Positions 50,781 through 63,169 of a stretch of 64,000 nucleotides of DNA are shown piece after piece (within the stretch, counting starts at the first letter, position 1; each line of letters begins with the position of its first letter). Origin of the DNA: Felis catus (Eukaryota); contig NC_058368.1 in NCBI RefSeq assembly GCF_018350175.1, positions 68,326,001 to 68,390,000 on the forward strand. Direction: 5' to 3'. The position numbers were made by a program, and so were the translations under genes. The notes beneath the pieces are model-generated. The model did no database searches and was not told the origin of the DNA. It saw nothing but the letters and a program-made list of their open reading frames with translations.

Positions 50781-50911
50781 ATTTGGGAGGCAAGAATTCA
50801 AGTTTTGATTTGCCCCCAAAGCATGTGTTCCTTCCATTAGACTGTAAAGATCTCCTGTTGGTGGTTGCACAGATGAATAGAGAATTACACACAGGGACAG
50901 GACACACACGT

Positions 50912-50943
<32 letters not shown>

Positions 50944-51875
50944 CCATACACTTTGCATGAGAAAACATTACAAATTTAAGAAAGTTTGGCATGTGATCAA
51001 AAGTAAATTTTTAAGAATTTTAAATACAATAAAGTTGACTTTTCTTAAGATGTATAATTCTAAGAGTTTTAGCACATGCATAGATTCTTACAAGTTCCAC
51101 AGCCATTGCAGAGAACAGTTTTATGGCCACACAAAAAGCCTCCCTCGTGTTGCTCTTTTTAGATTCAGCCTTTCCCTAATTCAACCCCTGGTAACCACTG
51201 ATTACTAGAGTTTTACCTATTCAGAACGGCATAAATGGAATCACATAGTATGTAACTTTTTGAAATGGACTTTTGTTCATTTAGCATAACTCCCTTGAGA
51301 GCCGTCCAGTTGGTTGAGTATATTGGTTGTTTTGTGTTATTAATGAATAGTTGTCTTGTATGGTTGTGCCACAGTTTATGTTAACCTGCTGCTGGACATT
51401 TGGGTTGTTTCCAGTTTTTCACAATTATGGATTCAATAACTGTACACATTTGTGTCTGGGTTTCTTTGTGAATACAAGTTTATTTCTCTGGGGTAAATAT
51501 ACAGGCGTACAATGGCTGGGTCAGTGGTAAATGCATATTTAGCTTATTAAGGAACTGCCAAAATGTTCCCCAGATTGGCTGTACCAGTTCGCACTCTCAG
51601 CACTGTGTACAAAAATTACAGATGCTCTCCATCGTGACCAGCCTTTGGCATTATCATTTATGTATGCACATATGTCCATGTGTACGTATGTATGTACTTA
51701 TTCATTTCAGCCATTCTAATATGTGTAGTGACATCTCATTTGGTTTTAATTTGCATTTCTTTATCTTTCCATGTGTTTCTTTATATATCTCTATATATTT
51801 TTACCAAAATGTCTGTTCAAATATTTTGCCCATTTTTTAAAAAATGAGGTTTTTGTCTTATTGCATGATAAGAGT

Positions 51876-51877
<2 letters not shown>

Positions 51878-51921
<44 letters not shown>
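51878..51921. repeat. (CA)n microsatellite
   Basis: About 21 units. Confidence 0.95.
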
Positions 51922-51925
<4 letters not shown>

Positions 51926-51947
51926 ATGTATATATTGAATATATATA

Positions 51948-52142
51948 TTAAGTTTATTTATTTATTTTGAGAGAGAGAGAGGGAGATAGTGAGGTAGGGG
52001 CAGAGAAAGAAGGAAAGAGAGAATCCCAAGGAGGCTTCATGCCATCAGCACAGAGCCTGATGTGAGGCTCAAACCCACAAACCATGAGATCATGACCTGA
52101 GCTGAAATTGGATGCTTAACCAACTGAGCCACCCAGGCGCCT
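51948..52142 (-). mobile_element. CAN-SINE
   Basis: Head, GA tract and tttatttattta tail. Confidence 0.95.
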
Positions 52143-53273
52143 CTCTTTATATATTTTGTAATCAGCGTTTTCCTCCAGACTGTACCTCATCTATTCTTTC
52201 CCTTGGCAGTGTGCTTTGCACTGTCAGAAATTTTCAATTTTGATGAGGCCTAATTTATCCTCTTTTTTTTCTTTTCTTTTTTTTTTTTTTTTTTTTTTTT
52301 TTGTATTGTGCCTTTGGTGTCATGTCTGAGAACTCTTCACTTAACCCAACATCAAGGTTTTCACCTATGTTTTTTTTCCCCTATATGTTTTCTCACTTTA
52401 TATTTTATATTTAGGTTGATGATCCATTTTTAATTAACTTTCATATAAGAAGTCAGGTTTAAGTCAAAGTTCTTTTTCTTTTTTTTTCTTTTCTTTTGTT
52501 GTCTATGGATGTCCAACTGCTCCAGTACCATTTGTTGAAAACACTTTTCCTTCCTCCATTGAATTACTTGTGCACCTTTGTCAGAAATCAGTTTAGCATA
52601 CTTGTGTTGATCTATTTCTGGACTCTCTGTTCTGTTCCATTACCTGCAAGTCTACCTCTTTGCCAAACCACACAGTATTGACTACTATACCTTTATGGTA
52701 AGTCTTAGGATCAAATGGTATGAGTTTTCCTACATTAATCTAGCTTTTAAAAATTGTTTTGACTCTGCTATTTTGTCTTTCCATTGAAATTTTAGAATTA
52801 GCTTGCCCGTATCTACAAGATATCTTCCTGGGACTTTTTTTTTATTTTTTATTTTTTTTGGAATCGCATTAAACGTAAAAATCATTTGAGAAGAATTGGT
52901 ATCTTTACTCTATTGAGTCATCTACTCTATGAACATGGTATGCCAGGTCAATTATTAGTTCTTTGATTTCTTTCATCAGCCTTTTGTACTTTTCAGTATA
53001 AAATTTTGATGCTTTTTTTTTGAGGGTGTTCTGTAAATGTCTATTAGATCTATTGGTTGATGACATCATTCAGTTCTATATCCTGGCTGATTTTCTGTCT
53101 GCTTGCCATAGTTATAGGTGAAGGGAAAGGGTTGGATTATGGATTGTCCATTTTTCCTTTCAGTTATAACAGTTTTTGCTTCACAGTTTTTGAAGTTCTG
53201 TTTTTAGATTACATACACATCGAGGATTGTTACGTATTCTTGGTGAATTGAGCCTCTTATCATTATGTAATTT

Positions 53274-53297
53274 CCGACTGAGCCACCCAGGCACCCC
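53274..53297 (-). mobile_element. 24-nt CAN-SINE 5' head only
   Basis: Reverse complement = ggggtgcctgggtggctcagtcgg; flanked by tg[t/c]aatttcc at 53266-53275 and 53298-53307. Confidence 0.85.
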
Positions 53298-53730
53298 TGC
53301 AATTTCCTTCTTTAACACTGACAATTTTCTTTGTCCTGAATTCTACTGTGTCTGAAATTAATATGGTTACTGCTGCTTTCTTTTGTTTAGTGCTTATATG
53401 GATAGCTTTTAAAATTACCTATGACATCACATTTAAAGTAGGTTGCTTAAGATAGCATAAAATTGAGGCTCTTTTTTGACATTCTGATAATCTTTCATTT
53501 CTAATTCATATGTGCATTGTTCACATTTCGTATTATATACTTGGATTTATATTTATTTGATTTTTGTTTGCTTGTTGGTTCCCTTGGTTCTACATTCCTC
53601 TCTTTTCTCATTCCTGCATTCTTGATTATTTGAATTTGTTTAGTCCAATTTAGTTTATCTATTAAATTTTAAATATTTCTTTGTATTAATTTATTTGTGT
53701 TTATCTAGGGGTTACAAAATATATACTTAA

Positions 53731-53904
53731 TTTTTTAAAGTTTATTTATTTATTTTGACGGCGGGGGCAGAGGGCAAGAGAGAATCCCAAGCAGCCTCCA
53801 CACTCAACATGAGCCTGTGGGGCTCAATCTCATGAACCATGAGATCATGACCTGAGCCGAAATCAAGTCAGCCATTCAACTGACTGAGACACCCAGGCGC
53901 CCCC
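53731..53904 (-). mobile_element. CAN-SINE
   Basis: TSD atacttaa[t/c]ttt on both sides. Confidence 0.93.
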
Positions 53905-54876
53905 ATACTTAACTTTTATAGTCTACTTATAATTATTATTTTATCACTTCCAGTGGAATATGGAAATTTATTGCCATAAAGTTCTTTTGCCCTTCTCCCT
54001 TTATGTTGTTCTCATCACCATTCATTTCAAGATCATCATAACCTCTATACATTGAAGCTCCAGTAAGATAATATTATCTTTTTTGTCTTCATCCATTATT
54101 TGTATTTAAAGAGTAAGAGGAGAAGAATAGTCCAATATATTAGCCATGTATTTACCATTTCTGTTGTTCTCCCATCATTTCTGAAGTTCCAAGTTTCTCA
54201 CTGATAACATTCCTCTTTCTGTTGAAGAAAATTTGCCTTTTAGAGTGGGTGTACTGCTGATGGATTCTCTTAATTCTCCTTCCGAGGATGTCTTTATTTC
54301 CTCTTTATAGGAGCATATTTTTGCTGGCTCTAGGATTCAAGACTGACCATTCTTTTCTTTAAACATTAGAAAACTGCACTACCTCTGGTCCTCCGTGGTT
54401 TCTGATGAGAACCCCACAGCCATTTGCATTGCTGTTCCTTTGTAGAGGACAGTTTTCCTTGCTTCCTTAAAGATTTTTTTCCTTTGCCTTCAGTTTTAGA
54501 AGTTTGATCATGTTGTGCCTGGGTATGGAGTTCTTTTAGTTTATCTTGTTTGGAATTTATGAGCCTCTTAAATCTGTAAGTTTGTTTTCTACCAAATTTG
54601 GGATATTTTCATATATTACTTCTCCAAGCAGTTTTTCTGCATCACACTTTATCCCCCTGGGGACAAATTCTCCCCTGGAATTCTGATAATATAAATGTTT
54701 TCTGGTATTGTCTCATGGGTCCTAGATTCACTGTTCTAATTTTTGAATTCTGTTCTCTCCATTTTTCAGATTGCATACTTTCTGTGAACCTTTCAGTTCA
54801 CTGACTTCAGTCTGTCATCACCACTCAGCTATTGAGTGCTCCCAGTGATTTTTATTTTTTAGGCTATCATATTTTT

Positions 54877-55087
54877 TTCTTTTTTAAGTTTATTTATTTA
54901 TTTAGAGAGAGACAGAGCATGAGTGGGGCAGGGGCAGAGAGAGAAGGAAAGAGAGAGAATCCCAAGCAAGCTCCATGCTGTCAGCACTGAGCCCAACATG
55001 GGGCTCGAACTCATGAAACTGTGAGATCGTGATCTGAGCCAAAACCAAGAGTCAGACGCTTACCCGACTGAGCTACCCAGGCTCCCC
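54877..55087 (-). mobile_element. CAN-SINE
   Basis: TSD ggctat[c/t]atattttt at 54862 and 55091. Confidence 0.95.
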
Positions 55088-56436
55088 TCGGGCTATTATA
55101 TTTTTCAATTCTAAACTTTTAATTTGGTCATTCCTTGTACCTTCTATCTCCTATCTTCCATTCATTTCAATAGTATTCATTCTTACTTCTTAGGTCATGG
55201 TTATAATATTTGCCTCAAAGCCTTTGTTGATAATTCCAACATCTGTTTTATCTCCCATTTATCATCTCTTGATTGTCTTTTTCCTTGAGAGATGTTGAGA
55301 TTTTCCTGATTCTTAACATTTTAAGTAATTTGGGATTATGTTCCAGACATTTTGAGTAAGACTGTATGGGGGATGTTGATTTTTTTGTTTAGCAGGCAAT
55401 TAACCTGATTATGTTCAGGCCAAAATTTCCTACCCACCTTCTGTGAGCTGTGGTGCTTTTGTTAGTTCATTTGTAAAAATCTTTGCTATGAACTTTGGAT
55501 CTGTCACATATAGGCCTGCTCACTTCCAGTCTAGGACCTGGGCAATCGTCTGCCTCACACTTCAGTCCTCAAAGCTTTGGAAAGCTGTCTGGATTCAGAT
55601 CCACATATACATGGCTTGGTGGTGAGCTCAGGAGATCATACACAGTTTTATGAGATCACTTTCTTTGGCTCCTCATCTCTAGGATCTCCTTTATACATTC
55701 TTGCTTCCAAGGGCACCTCTTCATGGGACCCTGGGGAGAAACCCAGAACTGTATTTGCCTTCTTTGTCATAAACTTCCTGTAACTATACCCACCTTGGGG
55801 CCAAGTAGCAAAATAAAAGCAATGGGAATACCTCCCCAATAGCCTCTGGACCACGGTTCTTCTGTCAGAAGGAAAGGTTCCTCCTCACAGAGTTTTAGGC
55901 TCTTAACCTAAACCATAAGATTGCCTGGAAGCTTGGGCAAGAGCAGACAACAACAAAAAAAACAGAACAAAACAGATCCCACCCCCCACACTCTCTCTGA
56001 CAGGGCAGGGGCCTCTTTCCCACTCCTTAAACAATAAAAATAGGGCTTCCATTGGAGATTTTTCTGCTGTACCCAGTGCGCAGCTCCAGGTGTCCCTGCC
56101 AGGAGAAACCAGAGGCAAGGCCATGGGGAAAGTCCCCGCTGATTTGATGGTATGTCAAGTTCTGTTTTCCTTCCCCAGTTTGGGTTCTAATCCTAAGCAA
56201 AATAAGGCCAGCAAACAATCAGCTTTGTTAGGACTTCTGATTTGCAACTTTTCCTACTCTGGTCATCCCATCTTTTTTAGAAAAGTGTCAGACTGAGCAT
56301 CTGAAACATTATATGTCCCTCTTCACTGATAAGCACTGTTACAGACTGAGCACTCAGCAGACAAGTACTTCTGTGTTTTAAGATTTGTGGTTTATTAAAA
56401 GCTTGTTTCCTGGAAACTAACTCAGTAATCAGATTC

Positions 56437-56438
<2 letters not shown>

Positions 56439-56474
<36 letters not shown>

Positions 56475-56486
56475 GCACGCACACAC
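56439..56486. repeat. (CA)n/(CACG)n compound microsatellite
   Basis: Directly visible. Confidence 0.9.
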
Positions 56487-58109
56487 CTCTTCTACACTAT
56501 GTGCAACACCTATTTATAATCATTGTTGCAAATGAAAGAAAAACTTAAAATCAGTCCCAAGAGCTAACTCAATGAAGATACTATTTAATATTAAGAAGTC
56601 TTGAAAAGTAACTCAGGATTCAAATTAACCAACATTTATGGAGTCCTGACTACATGTTAAGTAACGGGCTATCTGCAGTTCTTGTAATCATTTTTGGAAA
56701 TGAGGGGAAAACTTAAAACGAGGAAATCCAAAACATTCTAAATTAAGATTCAGATTCAACCTAAATTTATTTAGTTCCCGCTGCGTGTGAAGTGCCATTC
56801 CAAATATCCACACAGACTGATTTTTATTTATTTATTACAAAACTTTGCCTGTCTGAATTAAACTTCAGAAGACATTCTGTAAAACGTTGTTTGTTTTCAG
56901 TACTGTCTCTGTGCCAGAATCTCTTGAGGATGTGATTTCACATTCCTGGGTCCCATGGCTGAAGGTTTGCATAAGATGGCTTGTTAGCTGGCTCCACAGG
57001 TGATTCTGGTGCCCCACCTTCGTTTACAGTGACCCTGGCTATCTCACGAACCAATTCCCTCCCCAAATTCTGAGAAATGGTTGTCTAACTTTCCCTTGAA
57101 AGTACCATCCCTCCCCTTTAAAAAATTTTCTGTAGGATTACAAACAAGAGAGCATATATCCTCTGATTCCCTAATTGCCATGGTCATTCATGAAGTAGTG
57201 TCTTAGAGGTCTCTTCCTCCCTGCACCTGCCCTGATAATAGATGCAGTTCTAAGGAAACTTCTTCCTTTAGCTTTTAGTGGCTATTTTTAGTCCCACATC
57301 CTCAAGTTATGTGACCTGAAATAGATTCTTACTAGGTTGAGAGATGACTTCCTCATGCAGCGGGCAGTGTCTTCAAGTTATTGAACTTTGCTGAGGCTGT
57401 TTCATTAGGATGCTTCTGTGCTGCACTATTTTTTGCCACCCCTAACCTCCCCTAATTTCTTTTTTTTAAACTTGCTCGCTCGTTTTATTGCCATCTCCAA
57501 AGCAGATTGGGAAATGGCAAATTTCTCCTTGACCAGCCAGGTGAAACTGTCAAATATAAATTCCATTTTCATAATTATTTCCTTTCACTTAAAAATAGCC
57601 CTCATTTCAACAGACAGAGACCTGTGGAACAGATAACAAGTCTAACAAACTTCTAATTATGTGTTCATGCAGGAGATGTGATCCAGACAACACAAAGAGA
57701 TCAGCAAAGACATTCATCTCCTTGTGCAGGAATCATCAACTTTAGCTCTGGTGTCAACCTTAGCTTACAGGCATGGGCTGCTTTGCCCTGCCACTGACTC
57801 CCACCTTCCATGGATCCAGGCCCTATGGCCAGCGGAGTCGCCCTCACTGATTTACAGTAATAAAGAAAGGCAGCCAGCCACAGGATGCCCAAGACGAAAG
57901 GCATTTAAAAACTTTCTGGAACGTATACAAAAATCTTCCTTTACCTTTATTTGGGATCTGTCTTGCTTGTGGGTTGTTTTTTTTTTTTTCTTCCTATGGC
58001 AGCTTTTTAAAAAAAGTTCATCATTTTGGACTGTGAGAGACATAAACTTATTAGTTTATATTTTTGGAGTTAAAAAAACACTAAAAGCAGTAGGGTAGAA
58101 ATTATTCTT

Positions 58110-59480
58110 ACTTTATTATTAACATATAGCTGACATACAACATCCTATTAGTTTCAGGAGTACATATGGTGATTTGATGTTTTTATACATTATGAAATGA
58201 TCCCCAGGATAAGTCTAGTCTGCATATGTCACCATGCAGAATTATTACAATATTATTGACTTTATTTCCTATGCTGTACATGACCTCCTCATGACTTGGG
58301 AGTTTGTTACTTCTTAGTACCCTTCACCTATTTGACCCAACCCCTCCCAGCCCCTTCCCACCTGTGATAACCAACAGATTGTTTCCTACATCTATGAGGC
58401 TGTTTCTATTTTGTTTTGTTTGTTCATTTGTTTGGGTTTTTTATATTCCATTTATAAATGAAATCGTTTGGTGTATGTCTTTCTCTGTCTAACTTATTTC
58501 ACTTGGCATAATACCTTCTAAGTCCATTCATGTTGTTGGAAATGGCAAGATTTCATTCTTTTTTATGGCTGAGTAATATTCCATTACACATATACACCAC
58601 ATCTTCTTTATCCATTCATCTACCAATGGACACATAGTCGACTTCCGTATCTTGGCTGTAAATAATGCTGCAATAAATATAAGGGTGCATACATCTCTTC
58701 AAATTGGTATTTTCATTTCTTCGGATAAATACCCAGAAGTGGAGTTGCTAGAAAGTACTACTTTTAATTTTTTGAGTAAACTCCATACTTTTTTCCACAG
58801 TGGCTGCACCAACCTGCATTCCCACCAACAGTGCACAAGGGTTCCTTTTTTTCCACATCCTCACCAGCACTTGTTATCTTTTGTTTCTGTTTTTGTTTTT
58901 TGACACTAGCCGATCTGACAGATGTGAGGTAATATCTCACTGTGGTTTTGACTTGCACATTTCCTTGATGATTAGTGATGTTGAACCCTTTTCATATACC
59001 TTTGGCCATTTGTATGTCTTCTTTGAAAAATGTGTATTCAAGTCCTTTGCCTTTTTAAAAATATAGAGGTGTTTTCTTTTGATATTAATTTATGTAAGTT
59101 CTTTATATCTTTTAGATAATAATCCCTTATTTTTTTAATGTTTATTTATTTTTGAGAGAGAGAGAGTGAGCAAGAGTGAGGAAGGAGCAGAGAGAGAAGG
59201 GGACAGAGAATCTGAAGCAGGCTCTGTGCTGACAGCAGAAAGCCTAATGCAGGGCTCAGACTCATAAACTGTGAGATCATGACCTGAGCCAAAGTTGGAT
59301 GCTTAACCAACTGAGCCACCCAGCTGCCCCGTATAACCGTTACGGAATGTATGATTTGCAAATATCTTCTCTTCCCCCATTCAGTAGTTTGTCTTTTCAT
59401 TGTGGTGATGGTTTCCTTCTCTGTGCAAAAGCTTTTTATTTTGATGTCATCCCATTTTTTAATTTTAGCTTTGGTTGTCC
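58110..59480 (-). mobile_element. Carnivore/L1MA9-like L1 3' ~1.2 kb, interrupted by a SINE
   Basis: ORF track MQVKTTVRYYLTSVR...[16 protein letters not shown] and TKAKIKKWDDIKIKSFCT are L1 ORF2 C-terminal motifs; antisense 3' UTR. Confidence 0.9.
59130..59330 (-). mobile_element. CAN-SINE
   Basis: Full element. Confidence 0.95.
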
Positions 59481-59579
59481 TCACCATCCTTTAACCTCTG
59501 ACCTTTGGTTTTTTGGCATCTTGCATGCTAATGTTCCATTCTTTATTATCAATAATAAACATTTAAGAAGCACCCGTTA

Positions 59580-59815
59580 GGAGCACCTGGGTGGCTCAGT
59601 CGTTTAAGCGTCTGACTTTGGCTCAGGTCATGATCTCGTGGTTTGTGGTTTCGAGCCCCACATCAGGCTCTATGCTGACAGCTCAGAGCCTGAAGCCCGC
59701 TTCAGATTCTTTCTCTCTGCCCCTCCCCCACTTATGCTCGCTCGCTCTCTCGCTCTCTCTCTCTCTCTCTGTCTCACAAAAATAAATAAACATTAAAAAA
59801 ATTTAAAAAAAAAAG
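59580..59815 (+). mobile_element. CAN-SINE
   Basis: Full element; TSD core cacc[c/t]gtta on both sides. Confidence 0.95.
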
Positions 59816-61706
59816 AGAGAGACACCTGTTAGGTACAGAGTGAGTCACAGCAAGTGTATACTGTGTAATCACCAGCTGCCAGTCTTACAGCCACAGCAGG
59901 GATTGTTGATTATCTTTGGTCTCTGACCCAGATGCAGCTTCAGGAACCTTCTCGGCACAAGGGTCCAGACAGCCACATCAAGCCATCAAACTTGACACTT
60001 GGGATAAAATTTGGTTGCCATAACTCTGTCAGGCTATGAAAGGTAATAATGAATATAATCCAGGAAAATAACACTCATTCTCATTCTGATATTAAAAATC
60101 TTTATTTATATGGCAGGCTGGATCAGGAAGGAGTGTCTTTACCTGGACAGTACAACACTGACCACATCTTCTTGTGTCTGTCCTCCTTTATCTGTGTTTA
60201 TTTCATAATTCATGCCGTTCTTTAGTACCATCGTGTATTTTAGATCTTTGACGTTCCACTCCAGATAATTATTTCAAATTGATGATAGTTTCCTGTAAGT
60301 CCCTGTTAAGGACTTGCCTGTCTACTTTTTACCAACATAATGGTTTCATGAGGCAAAATAATAGAGTTATTATTTCCCTGTGTCTTAACATATATAAACA
60401 GATAACACGCATACGCATATTACACCATATATATGTTATCATACAGGATAACACAAACATTACTCTACATCTCAAGTGAAAGGTGAAGGCTTCAGTCGCC
60501 CAAAAGTTCAAGCAAATGGAAAAATTAATAATTAACTTTTGTGGGCAAGGAGATTAGATATTCTGTTTTCTGAGCCTTTAATCGTCTTTGTGAAAAGAGT
60601 TTGCCCACAGTTTCACAGCAAGATTTAAATGAATGTTCAGTGATGGATTTACACACGTGGGCTGTAAAATGGAAATGCGCATTGATCCTGAATTTGAAAC
60701 ACAAACCATGGTTCAGATGGTTCCCTGGAAGCTTACGGCCCTGGCCCATTTTGACATTTGAGGAGAAACGCAATTTTGAACTGACCATGTATGTTCCCCT
60801 CTGGTGTTCCATGGAACACTTCCGATATTTGTTGCCATGGTCCTCGACTTTTGTGTAGTTACCCTATGAAAATGTTGCTGTATTCAGGTCCCTGGCCACC
60901 AATTTCTGGTGAGAGGCTCTAAAATAGTTCCGTGCTTGGCTGTAGGCATTAACTTAGAGGCCAGGATGTTGCTTTGTCCATATGAGCACAGATTGCCAAT
61001 TGGGAGGAAATTTTATAACCTGTATTTTGGCCCGGACAGAGAGACCTCTGGTCTACATTCACTTTTCCAGAAACAAAGAGGACGATTTACCTTGGACATC
61101 ACATTTCAGGTGCAGTAAGTGGAGCTTTTCCTATCTGAGCTGGCATGGCTTTGTTTATCTGGAGAGATTTTGCTCTCTGGCAGGCAGGCTGGCAGTTTGA
61201 CTTGAAATTTTTGAATCTCCATTATCATGCCTCTTGTAATGAGAAACTTGCAGCGACATATGTTTATTAATCTTAGTTAAAAGACACCTGCCCAGATGGT
61301 TTATACCTGGAAAACACTTGCAGTCATCAATCCTTTTCTAATCGGCAAGTTTTCCTTCCCTCCTGGCACCACACCAATTTGTCGAGATGACCAAGAATTG
61401 CTTCCTTTCGGTCACATGTGACCCATGCCTGGTATTAGAAAGATGGAGGGAAATAAAACAAATTGTTTGGTCTGAGAAGTGAGTTCGTGTCTTGCCAACA
61501 TACCCTAATAACCCTGACCTTGGCTCGAAAGGATCCATTTCACATCATTCTTTACCTTGCAGTCTGAAAGTTGTGGCAATGAGGTACCCTCATCCCCATG
61601 GACCATCCGTCTCCCAACAGGCTGCGTGGACAAGTAGAGCTGTGCACAGAAGGGTTCTAACCACCAATTCCCCTGGAGGGGGAAGACGAAACATGGAGGA
61701 GGGGGC

Positions 61707-61778
61707 TGTTGTTGTTGTTGTTGTTGTTTTAATGTTTGTTTACCTTTGTTTTGAAAGAGGAAGAGAGAGTGAGAGAGG

Positions 61779-61810
<32 letters not shown>

Positions 61811-61937
61811 AGAATCCCACGTAGGTTCCATGCTCAGAGCAGAGACTGACATAGGGCTCAATCCCATGACTGTGAGATCATGACCTGAGTTTAAACCAAG
61901 AGTCTAACACTTAACCAACCGAGCCACCCAGGTGCCC
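61707..61937 (-). mobile_element. CAN-SINE with (CAA)n-converted tail
   Basis: Head ends at 61937; (GTT)n on the plus strand. Confidence 0.93.
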
Positions 61938-62822
61938 TGGAAGCTGAGACTGTGTTTTGATTGGAGAGGCTCTCCTTGTCCTTCCAGCATCCACGTCATT
62001 GCTTCATGGACACTCCTGTGTGTTTGTTGCTTACGCCAGAAGCCAGACTTCCATAAACAGAAACATTATTCTGGGGTGAACTTAACCAAGGTATTAAATT
62101 GATCAATGGGATGGTGAGCGGACCAGTTGATTGAGAGACAAGAGAAGAAGTGGCAATCATCTACGAAATACAAAACAGCCCAGACATTTGAGAAGGAGAG
62201 TCGGTGAGCTGTGTGCCTGCCAAGGGTAACACGGTAGTTCCCTGCATCCCGTTATGTCGAAAAGGGATTCACTGGATTTTTACCTCATGCTTCCTTCCAG
62301 TGTATGAGCTGGAGAATGGCAGTGTGTGCCTTGATAATTTAAACAACCTCATTAGGTGAGGCACATAGGATGTCTAATTAAATCTCTCATACCACAGGAT
62401 CACAACCACCCTTTGTCATGTGGGGATCTTTACAGGCTGTTCCACACCAAAGCAAGAAAAGATATATAAATCTGCAATCAATCCTCAGAAGACCAGAGTA
62501 CTAGGAATTTATTTCCACTACAATGCCCTAGGACTCCTATGCCAGTTTGAAGTAATCCCTCGAGAGGGAACAAGGGTATGATTATGGTTCTAAGGATGAC
62601 TTCCTTCCTAAAATATTGTTTAAAGATAATAATGCATTTCATTTTCATTTTTTATCATCAGCCAAATATTTTCTTACTGATTGAATATGACATGCTAAGA
62701 AGGAATGGAATCCTCAAGGAAGATTTAGGTGTGCACATACCTGACTACTTTTGTTTCTACTGATTTTGCAATTATGACAGTTTCTGCTAAGATAAATGAC
62801 AGGTGGCCACTGATTTTGTTTT

Positions 62823-63004
62823 TCTGGGTTTTTCTGTTGGTGGTGGTGGTGGTGGTGGTTTTTTTTGCAATTTCATTTATTTTATTTTATTTTATTTTTT
62901 AAATATAATTTATTGTCAAATTGGCTAACATACAGTGTGTATGGTGTGCTCTTTGTTTTGGGGGTAGATTCCCATGATTCATCGCTTACGTACAACACCC
63001 AGTG
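62823..63004 (-). mobile_element. Very short cat-type L1 (L1_Fc-like) 3' terminus with patterned tail
   Basis: aatttattgtcaaattggctaacatacagtgt...tacaacacccagtgct; TSD ctgattttgtttt at 62810-62822 and 63005-63017. Confidence 0.85.
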
Positions 63005-63152
63005 CTGATTTTGTTTTGCTGAAAACAGACACTTCGATGTCATTCTTTATGTGTCAATTCCTTTATTTCAATCCCTGATGATAGGTTAAATAGTAACACT
63101 TTTGACGTTCATCTTCTTTGTGAAAATGCACAGCCCTGAACTTATAATTAGG

Positions 63153-63169
63153 CACGTGAGTTCCACGTG
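63153..63169. promoter_or_regulatory. Tandem E-box with 5-nt spacer (ChoRE-type motif)
   Basis: CACGTG-agttc-CACGTG; the motif is certain, its function is untested. Confidence 0.5.

Larger units (their letters stand above)
51010..56200 (-). mobile_element. Old L1 (L1MB/L1MC-like) ~5 kb with internal deletions, interrupted by SINEs
   Basis: ccctggtaaccactgat, ggacatttgggttgtttccagttt, ctccagtaccatttgttgaaa, tttctgatgagaa, tcagctattgagtgctcccagtga; upstream end uncertain. Confidence 0.8.

Noticed and set aside
50783..51208. 141-aa ORF with HTHTHT
   Set aside because: Reads through a (CA)n microsatellite and antisense L1 3' UTR.
57724..58098. 124-aa ORF after a possible acceptor
   Set aside because: No recognised homology, runs through a poly-T tract, and has no supporting partner exon.
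60142..60292. Minus-strand exon candidate ending CAG|GTAAAG
   Set aside because: Weak acceptor and stop codons in all three frames of the 5' part; insufficient support.
3568..61867. Recurring ORFs of the type MAQSVKHLTSAQVMIS... and RERERE...
   Set aside because: They are translations of CAN-SINE bodies and CT/GA tracts, not a gene family.
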